From Eledone cirrhosa (lineage: Eukaryota): a stretch of 64,000 nucleotides of DNA. Positions 1-12,890 of the stretch are shown here, one piece after another (positions within the stretch are counted from its first letter, which is position 1; every line of letters starts with the position of its first letter). The DNA lies in NCBI GenBank assembly GCA_964016885.1, contig OZ024742.1, positions 64,294,001-64,358,000 on the forward strand. Reading direction: 5' to 3'. The position numbers were made by a program, and so were the translations under genes. Under the pieces are notes generated by a model, which had not been told where the DNA came from, searched no databases, and saw only the letters and a program-made list of their open reading frames with translations.

Positions 1-1601
1 ATTGACCGTGAAACTAATACACGTTTATTGTATTGTATTATTATTATTTTTCCTTGTTATAGTTGCTATTGTAGTTGATAACTTTTGTTACATAGGTGAC
101 CTAATTAGCAGTGAATGTGGGTGTTCTGAAAGCAGTTGCCAGAATAAGAATGGGAAGAAGTTACCTAGACTAACAAAAGTGAGTTTCTATCTGAGAGTGA
201 CAGGTAGACTGTTTGATGTTTATGTACAAAGTATGAAACTGCAAGATTGTGAAATAGCTTTGAAAACAAAGGCTATGTAAAGGCTGAAAAAAAATGGGAT
301 GAGTATGTTTGAATGTATGTTTTATGTTAGTGTGGATGAATGATGAAACACAAACAAGCTGAGAGAAAAACTGGATACGAGAGGAATCAGATCTAATAAT
401 GGAATAATTGTACTGAAGAAGACTCACCCAAGATATGCAAACTTAGAAAAATATAAGATTGAGAGAACTCTCGTATTCTCAAGGACATAGTGACCTCTCT
501 AGTGGTTGACATTAAGAAGAGCATCCAGTCATAGAAACCATGCTAAAATGGAATGTATATGAGCAAGATGTAGTCATCTAGGGGTTAGTAGCTCAGACAG
601 AGAATTGATTTAGTCTGTAATGACTTGTCCAAATCATGCCAGCATGGAAAAGCTGATGTTGAATGTTAATGATTATATATTCATGCAGGCATGGCTAAAT
701 GGTTAATAAGTTTACTTTGTAATTATGACAACCAAGTTTGGTCCTACTGTGTCTCATCTTGGACAAGTGTCATTTACCATAACCATGGTATGTGTACGTA
801 TGTATGTGTATATGTAATATATGTATGATGTTTAGATACAAAGTCTGAAATTGCATGATTGTGAAATAACCTTGAATGCAAAGGATAAAAAGAAATATAT
901 ACATATGTATACATAAAGTCTGAGGTGCTGAGACTGGAGAGACCACAAATCAGGGTAGTACTCTATGCATGGGAAGAAACAAATTCAGCTTGCTGAATAC
1001 AAGCTGAAACCGCTAGGCATCACAGTTGTGTTTTTACCTTCCTTTAACCCATGCTAGCGTGGAAAACGGACGTTAAACGAAGATGATGATGATGATGATG
1101 ATGATATATATTCCCTTCTGCAGGTTATGAATCCCACCACCACACTCCTATCAATGCCTCCTCAATGATGCTGCTATGATAAAAATGCACCCAGCCCACC
1201 CTGCATGGTAGTAGTACCAGAGTCACGATAAAATGTTCCCACTGCATGCTGTTAAGTGGTTGCTGCTAGGAAGGGCATCTAGACATAGAACCCAGGCCCA
1301 AAATGGAACATATGAGCAAGACATGGTCCCCTGACTAGACTAGCTTCAACTAGTTTAACTCATGCAAACATGGAAAAATAATGTTAAAAGATGATGATGA
1401 TAATAATAATAATTGTTTCTACTTTAGGCACAAGGCCAGCAATTACCCAGTGCATTACTGGTACTTTATTTTACCGACCTCGTAAGGATGAAAGGCAAAG
1501 TCAACCTCGGCGGGATTTGAACTCAGATCGTAAAGGGACATAACTATGCTGGAAAGCATGGCGTCTGACCCTCTACCGATACTGCCAATCCACCACCCTT
1601 T

Positions 1602-4600
1602 AATAATAATAATAATAATAATAAAATATTGTGTACAGTGCTCAGGTGCACTACAAGTCATCAAAAAGTGTATGTATAGTACATAGGGTAATGTACAAAC
1701 ATCAGGAAAATGTACAGTGCATGAGTCATGATACACACGTGTGCATGTGTATGGAAGGGGTACATCAGGTGTAGTTTTGGCGTATTTCGGGAAGCATGAG
1801 TGTCTTAAAGGATGCAGTGTCTCGGCAGCTAACAACTGACGCAGGCAGTTTGTTCCATGCTTCAGCAACTCTGAGCGTGAAAAAATGTTTACGAAAGTCA
1901 TGGGAGCTGTGCTGTTTTCTGATTTTGTAGGCATGTCCATGTGTGTTAGCCACATGGAGATCAAAAAGGTGCTCAGGGTTGCAATTAGCGAGATGGTTAA
2001 TAACTTTATGGGTATTTACCAAGTCCATTGCCAGACATCGGAGCTTCAATGAATCCATGCCCAGGGAAGCAAGGCGTTCAGAGTATGGTAGGTGTCTGAT
2101 GGAGGGTATGCGTTTGGTTGCACATCTCTGAACAGTTTCCAGGAGGTCAATGTTCTGAGTAAGATAGGGGTTCCAGACTGATGATGCGAATTCCAAGTGT
2201 GGTCGTACCATAGCTGTATACAGTTTTAAATAGATGGCTGGAGAGCGGCTAACAAAGGTCTTGCTGAGTGATGCCAAGACACCCTCGGCCTTCTTGACAA
2301 TCTTAGAGACATGCTTTGTCCAACGCAAATCGCTGCTGACAGTAATGCCCAGGTCACGTTCACAAGAGGACTTCTTGATATCAGTGTTGTGGAGGGAGTA
2401 TGTGGACGCTGGATTTTTCCTCCCAAAATGCATGGTGGGTACACTTGTCCACAGCCAGCTTCAGTTGCCAGTCTGTGATCCATTGCTGCATTGTGTCCAG
2501 GTCTGATTGTAGGAAAGAGTTGTAGATTTCAGGATCAGTCCTTTTGATTTCAAGGTACAGCTTGATGTCATCTGCATATTTCAGTACCGTGGCATTCTGT
2601 AAGTTGGCATCTATGTCATTAACATATGCCACAAACAAAGGGGACCAAGAACAGATCCCTGTGGTACACCAGATGACATCTCATATGGTGAAGAATGCTG
2701 TCCTAGAACCGTGACTACCTCTTTTTGGCTGAGAATGAATGATTTCAACCAGTCGAAAAGATCATCCCTCACACCCATTGCAGAGAGTTTTGCCATAAGT
2801 CTTTTGTGTGGCACAGAATTAAAAGCCTTAGCAAAGTCAAGGTAAACAACATCCACCCATGAGCCGCTGTCAGTGATCCAGGTGATGTCTTCAAGGAACT
2901 CGATAAGCTGATCACAGCAGCTGGAGTTAGGGATAAATCCAAACTGTGAGAGCTCCAGAAGTTCCAAAGTGTTTCTCTGACACAGGATTCCATCAGTTTG
3001 GCCATACAGCTAGTAAGACTGACTGGACGATAGTTGACAGGTGACATGCGGTTGCCCTTTTTGAACAGGGGAATGACACTGGCAGTTTTCCACTGCTCCG
3101 GAGAAGCACCATTGTTGAGACAGTATTGAAAGAAGAAAGAAAGCTGGCGCAAAAGGAAATACCCGCCACGTTTGAGAAGCAGGTATGTAACACCATCAAG
3201 ACCAAGGGAGGCATAGTTGCGCTTATTCTTAAGGTGACGTCGCAACATTGCAGGTGTAGATTCCATAGTTGTTATGGAATTTGATGTTAGAGATGGTGGA
3301 GATGGTACATTCTGGTTTTCAACAGTAAAAATACTTGCATAGCACTCAGCAATGAGTTCTGCACATTCTTTGGGATCGTTAGTGATCTGGCTTGTGTGGG
3401 GATTGCGAAGAGGACCAACTGGAGAGTGAGGTCTCTGCTTTGAATGAACATATTTCCAGAACACCTTACTGTCAGGATTGGTTGCTATGCACTGTTCAAA
3501 TTCAAGCACTGCCTTCTTTGTCACTTGCTTGAGATGGTTAGAAGATTTATTCCGCTTTTTTCTGTTGGCATCTGATTTATGCAGTTTATATTCCCGTTCA
3601 GCGTTCCGATGTTCTTTCCTGGCAAGTCGGACCGCTGAAGTTTCCCAAATTGCACTTTTGGGGTGGTTTTTTTTCTGCTTATGTGGCACCGATGCTGCAC
3701 ACGCTATCCATATTGAGTCCAGGATGCTCTGGAGTATAGTGTTCACATCTCCAGAGTTATACATCTCATGCCAGTTTGGGCGCTGTAGCTCAGTGCAGTA
3801 CAAGTTCCAATCTGCTTTCTTCCAATCAAAGCAAGCAGATTGGAGATGGCTCTGGTTTTTGTTGCTGCCCGCAAGAGTCAGATTGGCAATGATCATAGCA
3901 TGATCAGAGTCGCCTAGAGGTTCCTCAGTAGTACAACTGATAACCACTTCAGGAGTAGTGGTGAAGATCAGGTCCAAAGTGTTGTCACCTCTTGTTGGAG
4001 AGGTGACTACTTGTGACCAGTTTGAGTCCAACACTAGTTCAAGGAAATCGTTTGCACCTTGTGGCCAACGAAAGGTTTCCCAATCGATCTCAGGATAATT
4101 GAAGTCACCTGCAATAAACACATAAGTGGCTGTTTTCTTGGCAGCAACTCTGAGGATATCGCAAAGCTGTGTGTCCTGATGGTAGTTTGGGGGCCGATAA
4201 ACAACACCAAGCAGAAGTGTTGACATGGTCATACGTATGTCACAGAAAAAAACTTCTTCCTGTGATTCGTTCAAATCAATGCAAGGAATTACCGAAAAGT
4301 TTGAACGAACGTAGACAATCACACCACCACCACGGCGATTAATGCGGTCCTTGCGGAAAAGGTTGTACCCAGTAATGCTGAAAACCCCATCACAGAGTAA
4401 GGAATGTGCCCATGTTTCCGTGACTGATGAAGTCAGGGTCGATGCTTCTGACGTAGGAGTCAAACAGATGTATCTTGTTGCATAAACTGCGAGCATTTAA
4501 GGACAACAATTTGTACCCTGCTTGCAGTTTATGATGGTGTGTAGAGGGTGGCAGGTTGTTCTGGTTTAGTTTCCCAGAGTTGTTGCAGTTTTTTCATTGA

Positions 4601-5395
4601 CAGTTATTGTGCGTAGAGCACACTCAGACTAGCTGGTATCTCTCTTCCACGTTTCACCAGCCTTAACAAACCTCCAGATCTGCCCATCATCACGCAGACT
4701 AAAACTTTCATGTTGTGCTGAGTTCCGATTCAAGGAAGCTGCAGCACGGAGCTTTGGACGTACATGGGGTGGTAGGCTGGGTGTGTTCAGAAGGTAATCC
4801 GATTTTCACGCCCAGCTTTAACAGAGGCCAGATGGTATGAGATTGCCTCAGCGGGGTCCGAAAAAGACAGCCTGATGAGTCTGGGTTTTGGACCAGGTCG
4901 ACCAAGGCGGAGAGCACCCTTTGGGGGAACACAGCCTAGGTCTTTGGCTGAGCTGGCAGCAAATGCCTGAAGATCAGCCTTGTCCTCTGGTACCCCAATG
5001 GCAATTACTTCATGGGTAGCAGATTCCGCAGTCTTCTCAGTGTGCCCAGATACGGCAAGAGGTACAGGGAGATTCTTTAGCAAGGCATTCCGATAAGACC
5101 CCTCATTGTGGGGTCTACCCGAATGCTTGCCTTTATTCCTGTTACTTCCCTTCTTAAAGCAGAAATCATTAGTTGCAATTCTGCAAAATCTGTACTGGTC
5201 GGTTGTTGTTGTTGCTGCTGCTGTTGCTGCTGCTGCTGTTGTTGTTGTTGGTGGTGATGATGATGATGTTCCTCCACGGGAATGGTAGGGGAAGACACAG
5301 TCGCAGGTTGTTGGTGTCGAGATGTACTGGGAGCGGAAGACATGGGTTGTTGTTGTTTCTGATATGTACATACACAGACAGACACAAATATACTT
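1602..5395 (-). mobile_element. Full-length but frameshifted CR1-clade LINE (ORF1 ~5343-4600; ORF2 APE+RT ~4530-1765; (TTA)n tail)
   Basis: APE motifs LNARSL, TETW, GVVYRPP, GDFN, LDL, DH; RT motifs YRPVSLTS, YLDFAKAF, PQGSVLGP, YADD; CR1 C-terminus [21 protein letters not shown]; several frameshifts. Confidence 0.92.
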
Positions 5396-5421
5396 TGATC
5401 GAAAAGTTTATTTTCACTAAC

Positions 5422-5477
5422 CTGATGTCCAACAAATGTTCCGCGACATTTGAACATACGCTGTGGATCATCATAGC
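5422..5477 (-). CDS. TRAF7: TRAF7 exon (56 nt): (G)[18 protein letters not shown], start of first WD40 repeat
   Basis: Acceptor ttgtctttcag, donor gttagt; matches TRAF7 YDPQQIFKCKGTFVGHQ. Confidence 0.93.
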
Positions 5478-8400
5478 CTGAAAGACAATGCCAAAATTAA
5501 TTTAGAGAGAAAGATAGGGAGACATCACATATTGTTAGCAATGGACGGGCAACTCTATTGATCCTTTTTATTGTTATTTATAGCAGTAAACAACATTTTT
5601 GTTGTTTTCCAGGTCAACAGCGATCAAAGGCATTCCAACTGGGACCAGGCTGTCTTTTCAGGAGTATACTGGACTTGGTAGAATTGGTAGAGTGTTGAAC
5701 AATATACTTTACAGCATAGAGTTACAGTTCATTACGTTCTGAGTCCAAATCCCGCCGAGGTTATCTTTGCCTTTCATCCTTACGGGGTCGATAAAATAAA
5801 GTACCAATAACACACTGAGGTTGATTTAATCACCTTTCCTCTCCCTAAAATTGCTGCTATAGTAGAAATCATTATTTAATATATCCTTACTTTATTTAAA
5901 TTGATCAGGTGTGATTTAAGAGAGATTTGGCTGCTATTTCTACCAAGTCAAGCAATCATCTCAAGCCTCCCTTGTGTGTATGAAAGAGTTGTAATAGCTG
6001 AGTTAACAAATTTAAATAATAAAACAAGAAGTCATGAGTTCGAAACTGGCTGCAGTTCTTATGTAATGTTCTTTTTCTGAATAAGTTGTGTCACTTTATT
6101 TACTAAGAAATATTTCCTTTTAGCAAACAAACATTTATTGAAAATACTTAAAAAAGATAGATATACAATATTTGATGCAATATATTCCAGTGAACATGAT
6201 CTGTGTGTATCTAGTTTAAAATAGATGCACTGTATCCCTGAGTGGTGTAAAAGTTGAGTTATGTACCTATAGTCTAGAATAAGCACACCGTATCTACATG
6301 TGTGATAAGAGTTGACTTTATATATATATTATATATATATTACTGTGTGTATCCATGTTTTAATAGGTACACCATATCCTTGCATATTGTAAGAGATGAC
6401 TAACAGGGTCATTGCCAAGAAGGGCATCTGGCTGTAAAACATTACCGCAGAAAGTACCCCATAATGTGTATGAAGCTTGTTATGAGACCCAGAAGGCTAG
6501 GAGCTACTTCAGCAGAGAAGATGACCTTAAAATACTTGTATATTTTAGTGGATAAGATAACACTCAAACTCCATATTAAACTCAAAGCTAGATTATGCAT
6601 ACAGCTATAGGGCCAATAGTTATTTGATGGCTGATGAGGGAGAGGATATTATTTGGAAGGGCACACATCAATAGAATCAGTTGTAATTTGATGGCAGAGG
6701 GAATATTGTCTGGAAAGGCACAGAGCTATAAAAAGCAGCTGATCCTTGTAAAAAAAAAAAATTAATTTGAATGGATGTAAATGAGAAAAACAGAACCTTG
6801 TAATGCATATGAATGAGGATCATTAGGTAAAGAAATGCCAGAAAACCCTGTGGAAGGAAGCTAGAGATTGTCAGAGCTGATCTTAAATTGCTGAAGCTCT
6901 CAGAGGAGATGACAAAGTGGAGTGATACTGTGTTGGAAAAGACCCATCCAACCCATGCAACAAAAGAATCAGAACTTACCAGCCAATTGGACACCAATAT
7001 TCAACCGTTTGTTTATATTAGAAATTTCTTCCTAAAATAAAAATATTTGAATTAATTAAAACTAAAAAATTCAAATTGAAATTCAATGAAAGTGTTTAAT
7101 CAGAATTTAACTTCTTTTTGCTTCACAACCGTGATGGGGTCTTTGGCCCATTCCCACTACCTGGGGCAAGTGTTTGTTACCATAGCCTCATGTTGACCCA
7201 AGGTTTGTGAGTAAAATTGAGTAGATGGAAACTGTATGTGGAAGCCTACTGGGTGCATTGTACACGTGTCTGTGGAAAACTTGATCACTTTGCACACATA
7301 TTTCATGAGTAAGTTGTTCTATTGATCAAAGAATTAAAGCACTTATTGTTGGATTGTAATCTCGTGGAGGTTGATTTACTAACAGTATTTAGTCCCTCTC
7401 CAAATAAATTTCCAACTTCGAATGGTGCAGAGAATAAACTTTGCTTTTTATTTTTCCGGGATCAACAGCGTGTTTCAGTTATGTCAAAGGAGTGACAACC
7501 TCTCTAGTGCTAGTGCCATAAAATGCACTCAGTACACTCAGTAAATTGGTTAGTGATAGAAAACTTGCCAAACAAAGGATTGGGAGGACTCTTCAGTTGT
7601 GTCAAAGACATGACAACTTCCTTTATGCTAGTGTCACAATAATATGCACCTGGTACACTCTGTAGAATGTGAGAATGTACCTTAGATGCAGCCACTGGCC
7701 CATCCATAAGGTCAATAACTGACTTCGTCTTTGAAACTCCCCCAACCTTTTCTAGTAGGAAAAATAGAAGTTAAATGATGATAATGAAGATGTGGTAACT
7801 AAAATAAGTAGCAGCAATTTATTTAGATTCCAGTTATTTGCCTTCACACACTGATGAATCTGATGCTTAGCTACCATTTAGGGGTCATTTAACCTCCACT
7901 GAGTGAATACTGCACACCCAACAAATTAAATATATTTCATTGATAGCCTCTGTAGTGCAGCTGACATGATAAAATGCACCCAGTAAATTCTGTAAAGCCG
8001 TTGGTGTTAGGAAAGGCATCCAGCCATGGAGACAATGCTAAAAATGTGTGTACATGTACATATATGTATATACATATATTTAGAATAGTTGTTTAAAATA
8101 CCATAGTACTTAAAACCTTCAAACATAAACTGAATATGTTTAAATGGAGTATAAATATATACTGAGAGAGAGAGAGAGAGAGAGAGTGTGTGCGTGTGTG
8201 TGTGTGTGGTCACAATGACTGCATTAAAACGTACATTTTTCTCAAAGTTAATACCCAGAATGAAGATCAATAACAATATAAGGTGTCCAATAGAATGGAA
8301 GATAGAAAGATTGAAGACTTACTGCTACTTGGGCATTTTCTCGTCGATTGTCTATCACTTCAGTCATTATGCAGTTCTGTTTGTGTTCCAACAGATCTAG

Positions 8401-9921
8401 AGTGGTAAAAGGAGATTACATTTTAATATTTTGTTCTAGATGGAAATAACTGCATATAGTGTCCCTCTATGCATCGTTGCCCTTTTGTTACTCATTTGCT
8501 ATCTTATGAAAGACACTGCCTATGGCTTTCAAACAATTTTGAAAATAATCAAGAAGCTGGTGTTTGGAACAACTCAAAAGTTTTTACATAAAATTCTGAT
8601 AGAAGGTTTTTAGATAAATATAAACACTTTAAAACAAACATTTCTGTAATGTAGAATCAGGGACATTGTCTGGCAGTTTAGCACCAAAAGAGTTACACTT
8701 TCATTATCATATTCCTTATGAAATATACTGCCTATGATTTTCAATTAATTTCAAAATATAATCAAGAATTTGGAGAAATTTAGCAATATAACTAATTTCT
8801 TCATCATTAAGTTAGTGTTTGAAATGTAACTTATAATTTTCATACATAAAACTACAATGAAAAGTTTAAATTTAAATATGAAAAGTTTTAATTTAAATAT
8901 GAACCCTTTAAAACAAACAGCTTAATATCAAAGAAGCAGAAGAGTTAAGACAAATGACATAACAGATTTACAGTAAAGAGTCTTTGCCACATAACTAGCA
9001 AAGTCCAAGGGTTTCAAATATCCCAAAACAGCTTTGACACAAAATCTTGTAATGAAATAAATTTCAGTAGTAATAGGTCTGTTTTAGATAGTTTTGAAAT
9101 AACTGCCAATATATTTTAATTAATTTGGGAAATAATAAAAAATTTTGAGGAATTTGATAAAATAACTTTTACATTAGTAAGCTGATATTTGAAACACTAA
9201 CAAAAAGTTATCACATAAAATTCTGATGGATGGTTTTAATATAAGTATGAACGCTTTAAAATGAGCAATTTTATATCACAGAACCAGGAACAGTCTCAGG
9301 TAGTTTGGTATCAAAAGGGTTAAAAACACCCAACAGCTACTTAATCCCTAAATGTATCTATTCCAACAACTACAGAATTCTTAAATTACCAAACAATTAT
9401 TGATTCCCTAAAAATTACCCAACAACTACTAAATCTACAAAATTATTCAATAATAGGACACCTGGTCTGTTGGAAAAGAGAGAGGTGTCCTCAGAATGGA
9501 CACCTGGTTTGTTAGAAGATAAAAAAAGAGGTGTCCTCATACTGAATGCCTGGTCTGAGTTTATGTAAGGCCTACAAGGGGTCAGATGTAGATGTTAAAC
9601 TGAGCAACAGTTAAGTTTCTCATCCAAGGAGACCAGAGTCAGATTTGAACTCAGAATGCAATGAACTGAAACAAATAGTACAAGAGATCTGATCTGACGC
9701 CCTAACAATTCTACCAATCCCACTGCCCTCAGTTAGTACTTTATTTTATTGACTCTGAAGGGATGAAAGGCAAAGTTGACTTTGTAGAGCATTTGGTCCT
9801 AGCTTCTGATAATTCTGCCAATGTGCCACCTTGAAAAAGTTAATTAAATTGTAAAGGGCAGTTAAATAGAAAAATCTAACAATGGTATATATATAAGTAA
9901 TTAAAATAGTGTGTGTTCGTG

Positions 9922-9964
<43 letters not shown>

Positions 9965-10494
9965 CATTTCCCGTTGTCAAAGACGCTTTCTCCTCAAGGA
10001 CGCACTCCTATTTTGACAAACAAAAGAAAATTTGAAAAAAAAAAATAAACATAAGATTTATATTTGATGGTAAACCCTTTTAACATACCACAGTTTTACT
10101 TCTTTTGTTACTTAATAATGTCCCTTAAAATCAGATTGTTTGAGGAGAGTGAAAATACCAGCAATATTGACACACAACATGTAAAAATATCACTCATCAG
10201 TTATCATCTACCATACAGGAAGGAATTTTTGAAATTGTGTATATATTTTTCATGATACTTTTGTTTATTTACAACTTTAACTAAGTACTAGCAGACTGGC
10301 CCGGTGTTGCTCGGGATTTGCTCTAGGGTTGTTATATATTTGATATATATTTATCCTTCTTGAGCCTCGTGAAGTAAATACGTTTGTTTATATTTTGTTA
10401 TTGTGTGTGCAAATATATCTGTACACGAATATATAAATAACAGTACAGAGAACTACGGAATATCTCGGCCTTGGTTTGGTGTGTACATTTTGTG

Positions 10495-10532
<38 letters not shown>

Positions 10533-12845
10533 GACCGTACATTACCAGGGTTTTTTCCGTTCGAAGAAAATCAATACTTTATCGCAAAATAAATACTTTT
10601 GTTTATATGTGTATGCAAAAATATCTGAACACGAATATATAATTATATATATATATATATTAAAATAACAGATTAAAGTTTAAGCAAAGAATCGCTGCTT
10701 TCACCCTTAACGGGATCTTCTGAAACTAAAATAATAAATCTGTGAACGCAGAAGTAAATATTTCGAAAAATGTTACACACTATACATATATATATACACA
10801 CACACACCCCGCGTCATAATGACGTAATGCAGACAACCAGGCATACAGACAGATATTATAAGGGCGCAACGTTATATCTATGTATCTATCTAAAAAGAGA
10901 AAGAGATCGCTAAATCGCCTAATGCGGTCCCTAGAGCATTGAAAATTTGCAATTTTTTTTGCTCAAAACACTCACACAACCATTAGTATTACATGTGTAA
11001 AGTTTGAAAACAATTGGTTGGGTGGTTCTCGAGTTTTAGTGATCAGACAGACAGACAGACAAACAGACATTCTCTGTTTTAGTAATATAGATAATTTATA
11101 CACTTCATTGAGAGGTCATATACAGGAGCTCAGATTACTGTCTAGCATAGAAAATTTTTCACTGGGGTTAGGACATGCCTATGAGAAACACAACCTTCAA
11201 CCTCCAAGACGCATGGTAGATTTTCAAGATTTAATTTTGGAAAAAATAACATCTTCAATGCCGGGAAATATGGTATATATATATAACAGGTTATGACAAG
11301 GATACATATATATAAGTAATATAAAATAGGTGTTTCAAATACAACTAACCTACTCTCATGTCAACTGTCTTTTCTAAGGTTTCAACCCGTTCTGACAATT
11401 TACCCAACATCGATCGCAGGAAGCTGACTTCATGCTCCTTATTAGTCAAGGAGAACTGCAGTTCAGCTATTTTTTCGTCAGTTCGCTGCAGAAAGTCTTT
11501 CATTCCTTCCAGTTTGCAGTTCCGTAAATGGATTACAAGATCATCTTGTGTTCCAATAAAATCACAGCTAAATTGTTAATGAAAAGTAGAAAAACAAATT
11601 AATATTCATTTTACAACAATTACAACATGAAATTTTAATTACTGGTGTAAATTTATGCTTGAATTATGTTATATATATATAACCCTCAACATCCTCTAAG
11701 GATTTAACAGAAAATATATAAAAATGGGTTTGTTAATTCAAATATTTATAGTATAGTATTCATAGACAGAATATTGTAAACATTTGCAATATTACAGTAA
11801 AATCGTCATTGTTAATATGATGCTGTAATACAGCTGTTTATACTCTGCAAGAGTGTTTTCCTAATGTGGTTTCATGTGGCACAGGATGTTCAGAAATGTC
11901 AAGAAATCCAGTATTACTGAAGTAGAGTTATATGTTTCTACCATGTGATATACATGTCTAGAACCAGATAAGAGCCCTGACCGTCATATCTATATTTTAG
12001 GCAGTACTTTCAGGACTTGTTACCTGACATGCTCTCTTTTTTTAAGATGGTGGAGTGTGATTAGTAAGGGAGATTTGGCTGATATTTTTAGCATATTGAA
12101 CAACAATATAGTGGCTCCTCTTGTTGGCTCATGTTTGTAGTGGAACAAAACTCATGACTACAGCAGAATTACTCAGTAAATGATATAAGTTTCTGTTTGA
12201 CTGTACTATTGTGCTGAGTAATGACAACTTAAAGCTACACAAAAGCTATAACTTAGTTTCTCATTTTATATAAAGTAAAAGTGATTGCTGATAGGAAGCG
12301 CATCCAGCCAGAAAAAAATTACCAAACAAAAGGTCGAGAGGACTTTTCAGTTGAGTCAAAGACAGGATGACCTCTAGGGCTGGTGCCATGATAAAATGTA
12401 CTCAGTAAACTCAGTAAAATGATTGGTGATAGGAAGTGCATCCAGCCATTGGAACTTGCCAAACAAAAAGTAGAGAGTTGGCATGAGAACTTTCCTAGTG
12501 CTGGTGTTATGATAAAATGCATGATGCACTCTATAGAGTGAGAGATCAGAAGCTCCCTTTAAGTAGTGACTTGGTTTGTGACAACCCATCCAACTCTTGC
12601 TAGCAAGGAAACATAGACGTTAAATGATGATGATAATGATAATGATGATACCAATCATCTGTTAGAGAACCTGGAGGGTTCTTCTCCAAGTCACAAAACT
12701 GGGGAAGCTTTTATTTGGTTGTTTGTTTGTTTTAAGAATAGCAGTGGTCTATGCAAGTCACTCTTCTCCACTATTGGTGCCACTAATGTTGTTCAATACA
12801 GCTTGACATCAGTGAAGTTACAACACATTTGTATACTATATACAC

Positions 12846-12890
<45 letters not shown>

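Noticed and set aside
1-1400. Next TRAF7 WD40 exon (GPVW...)
   Set aside because: No matching codons with splice sites found; the region is degenerate RTE/SINE debris
5077-5481. Stand-alone host polyQ/polyH transcription factor gene
   Set aside because: The ORF starts inside a TRAF7 exon and the rest is LINE 5' sequence; no separate gene structure
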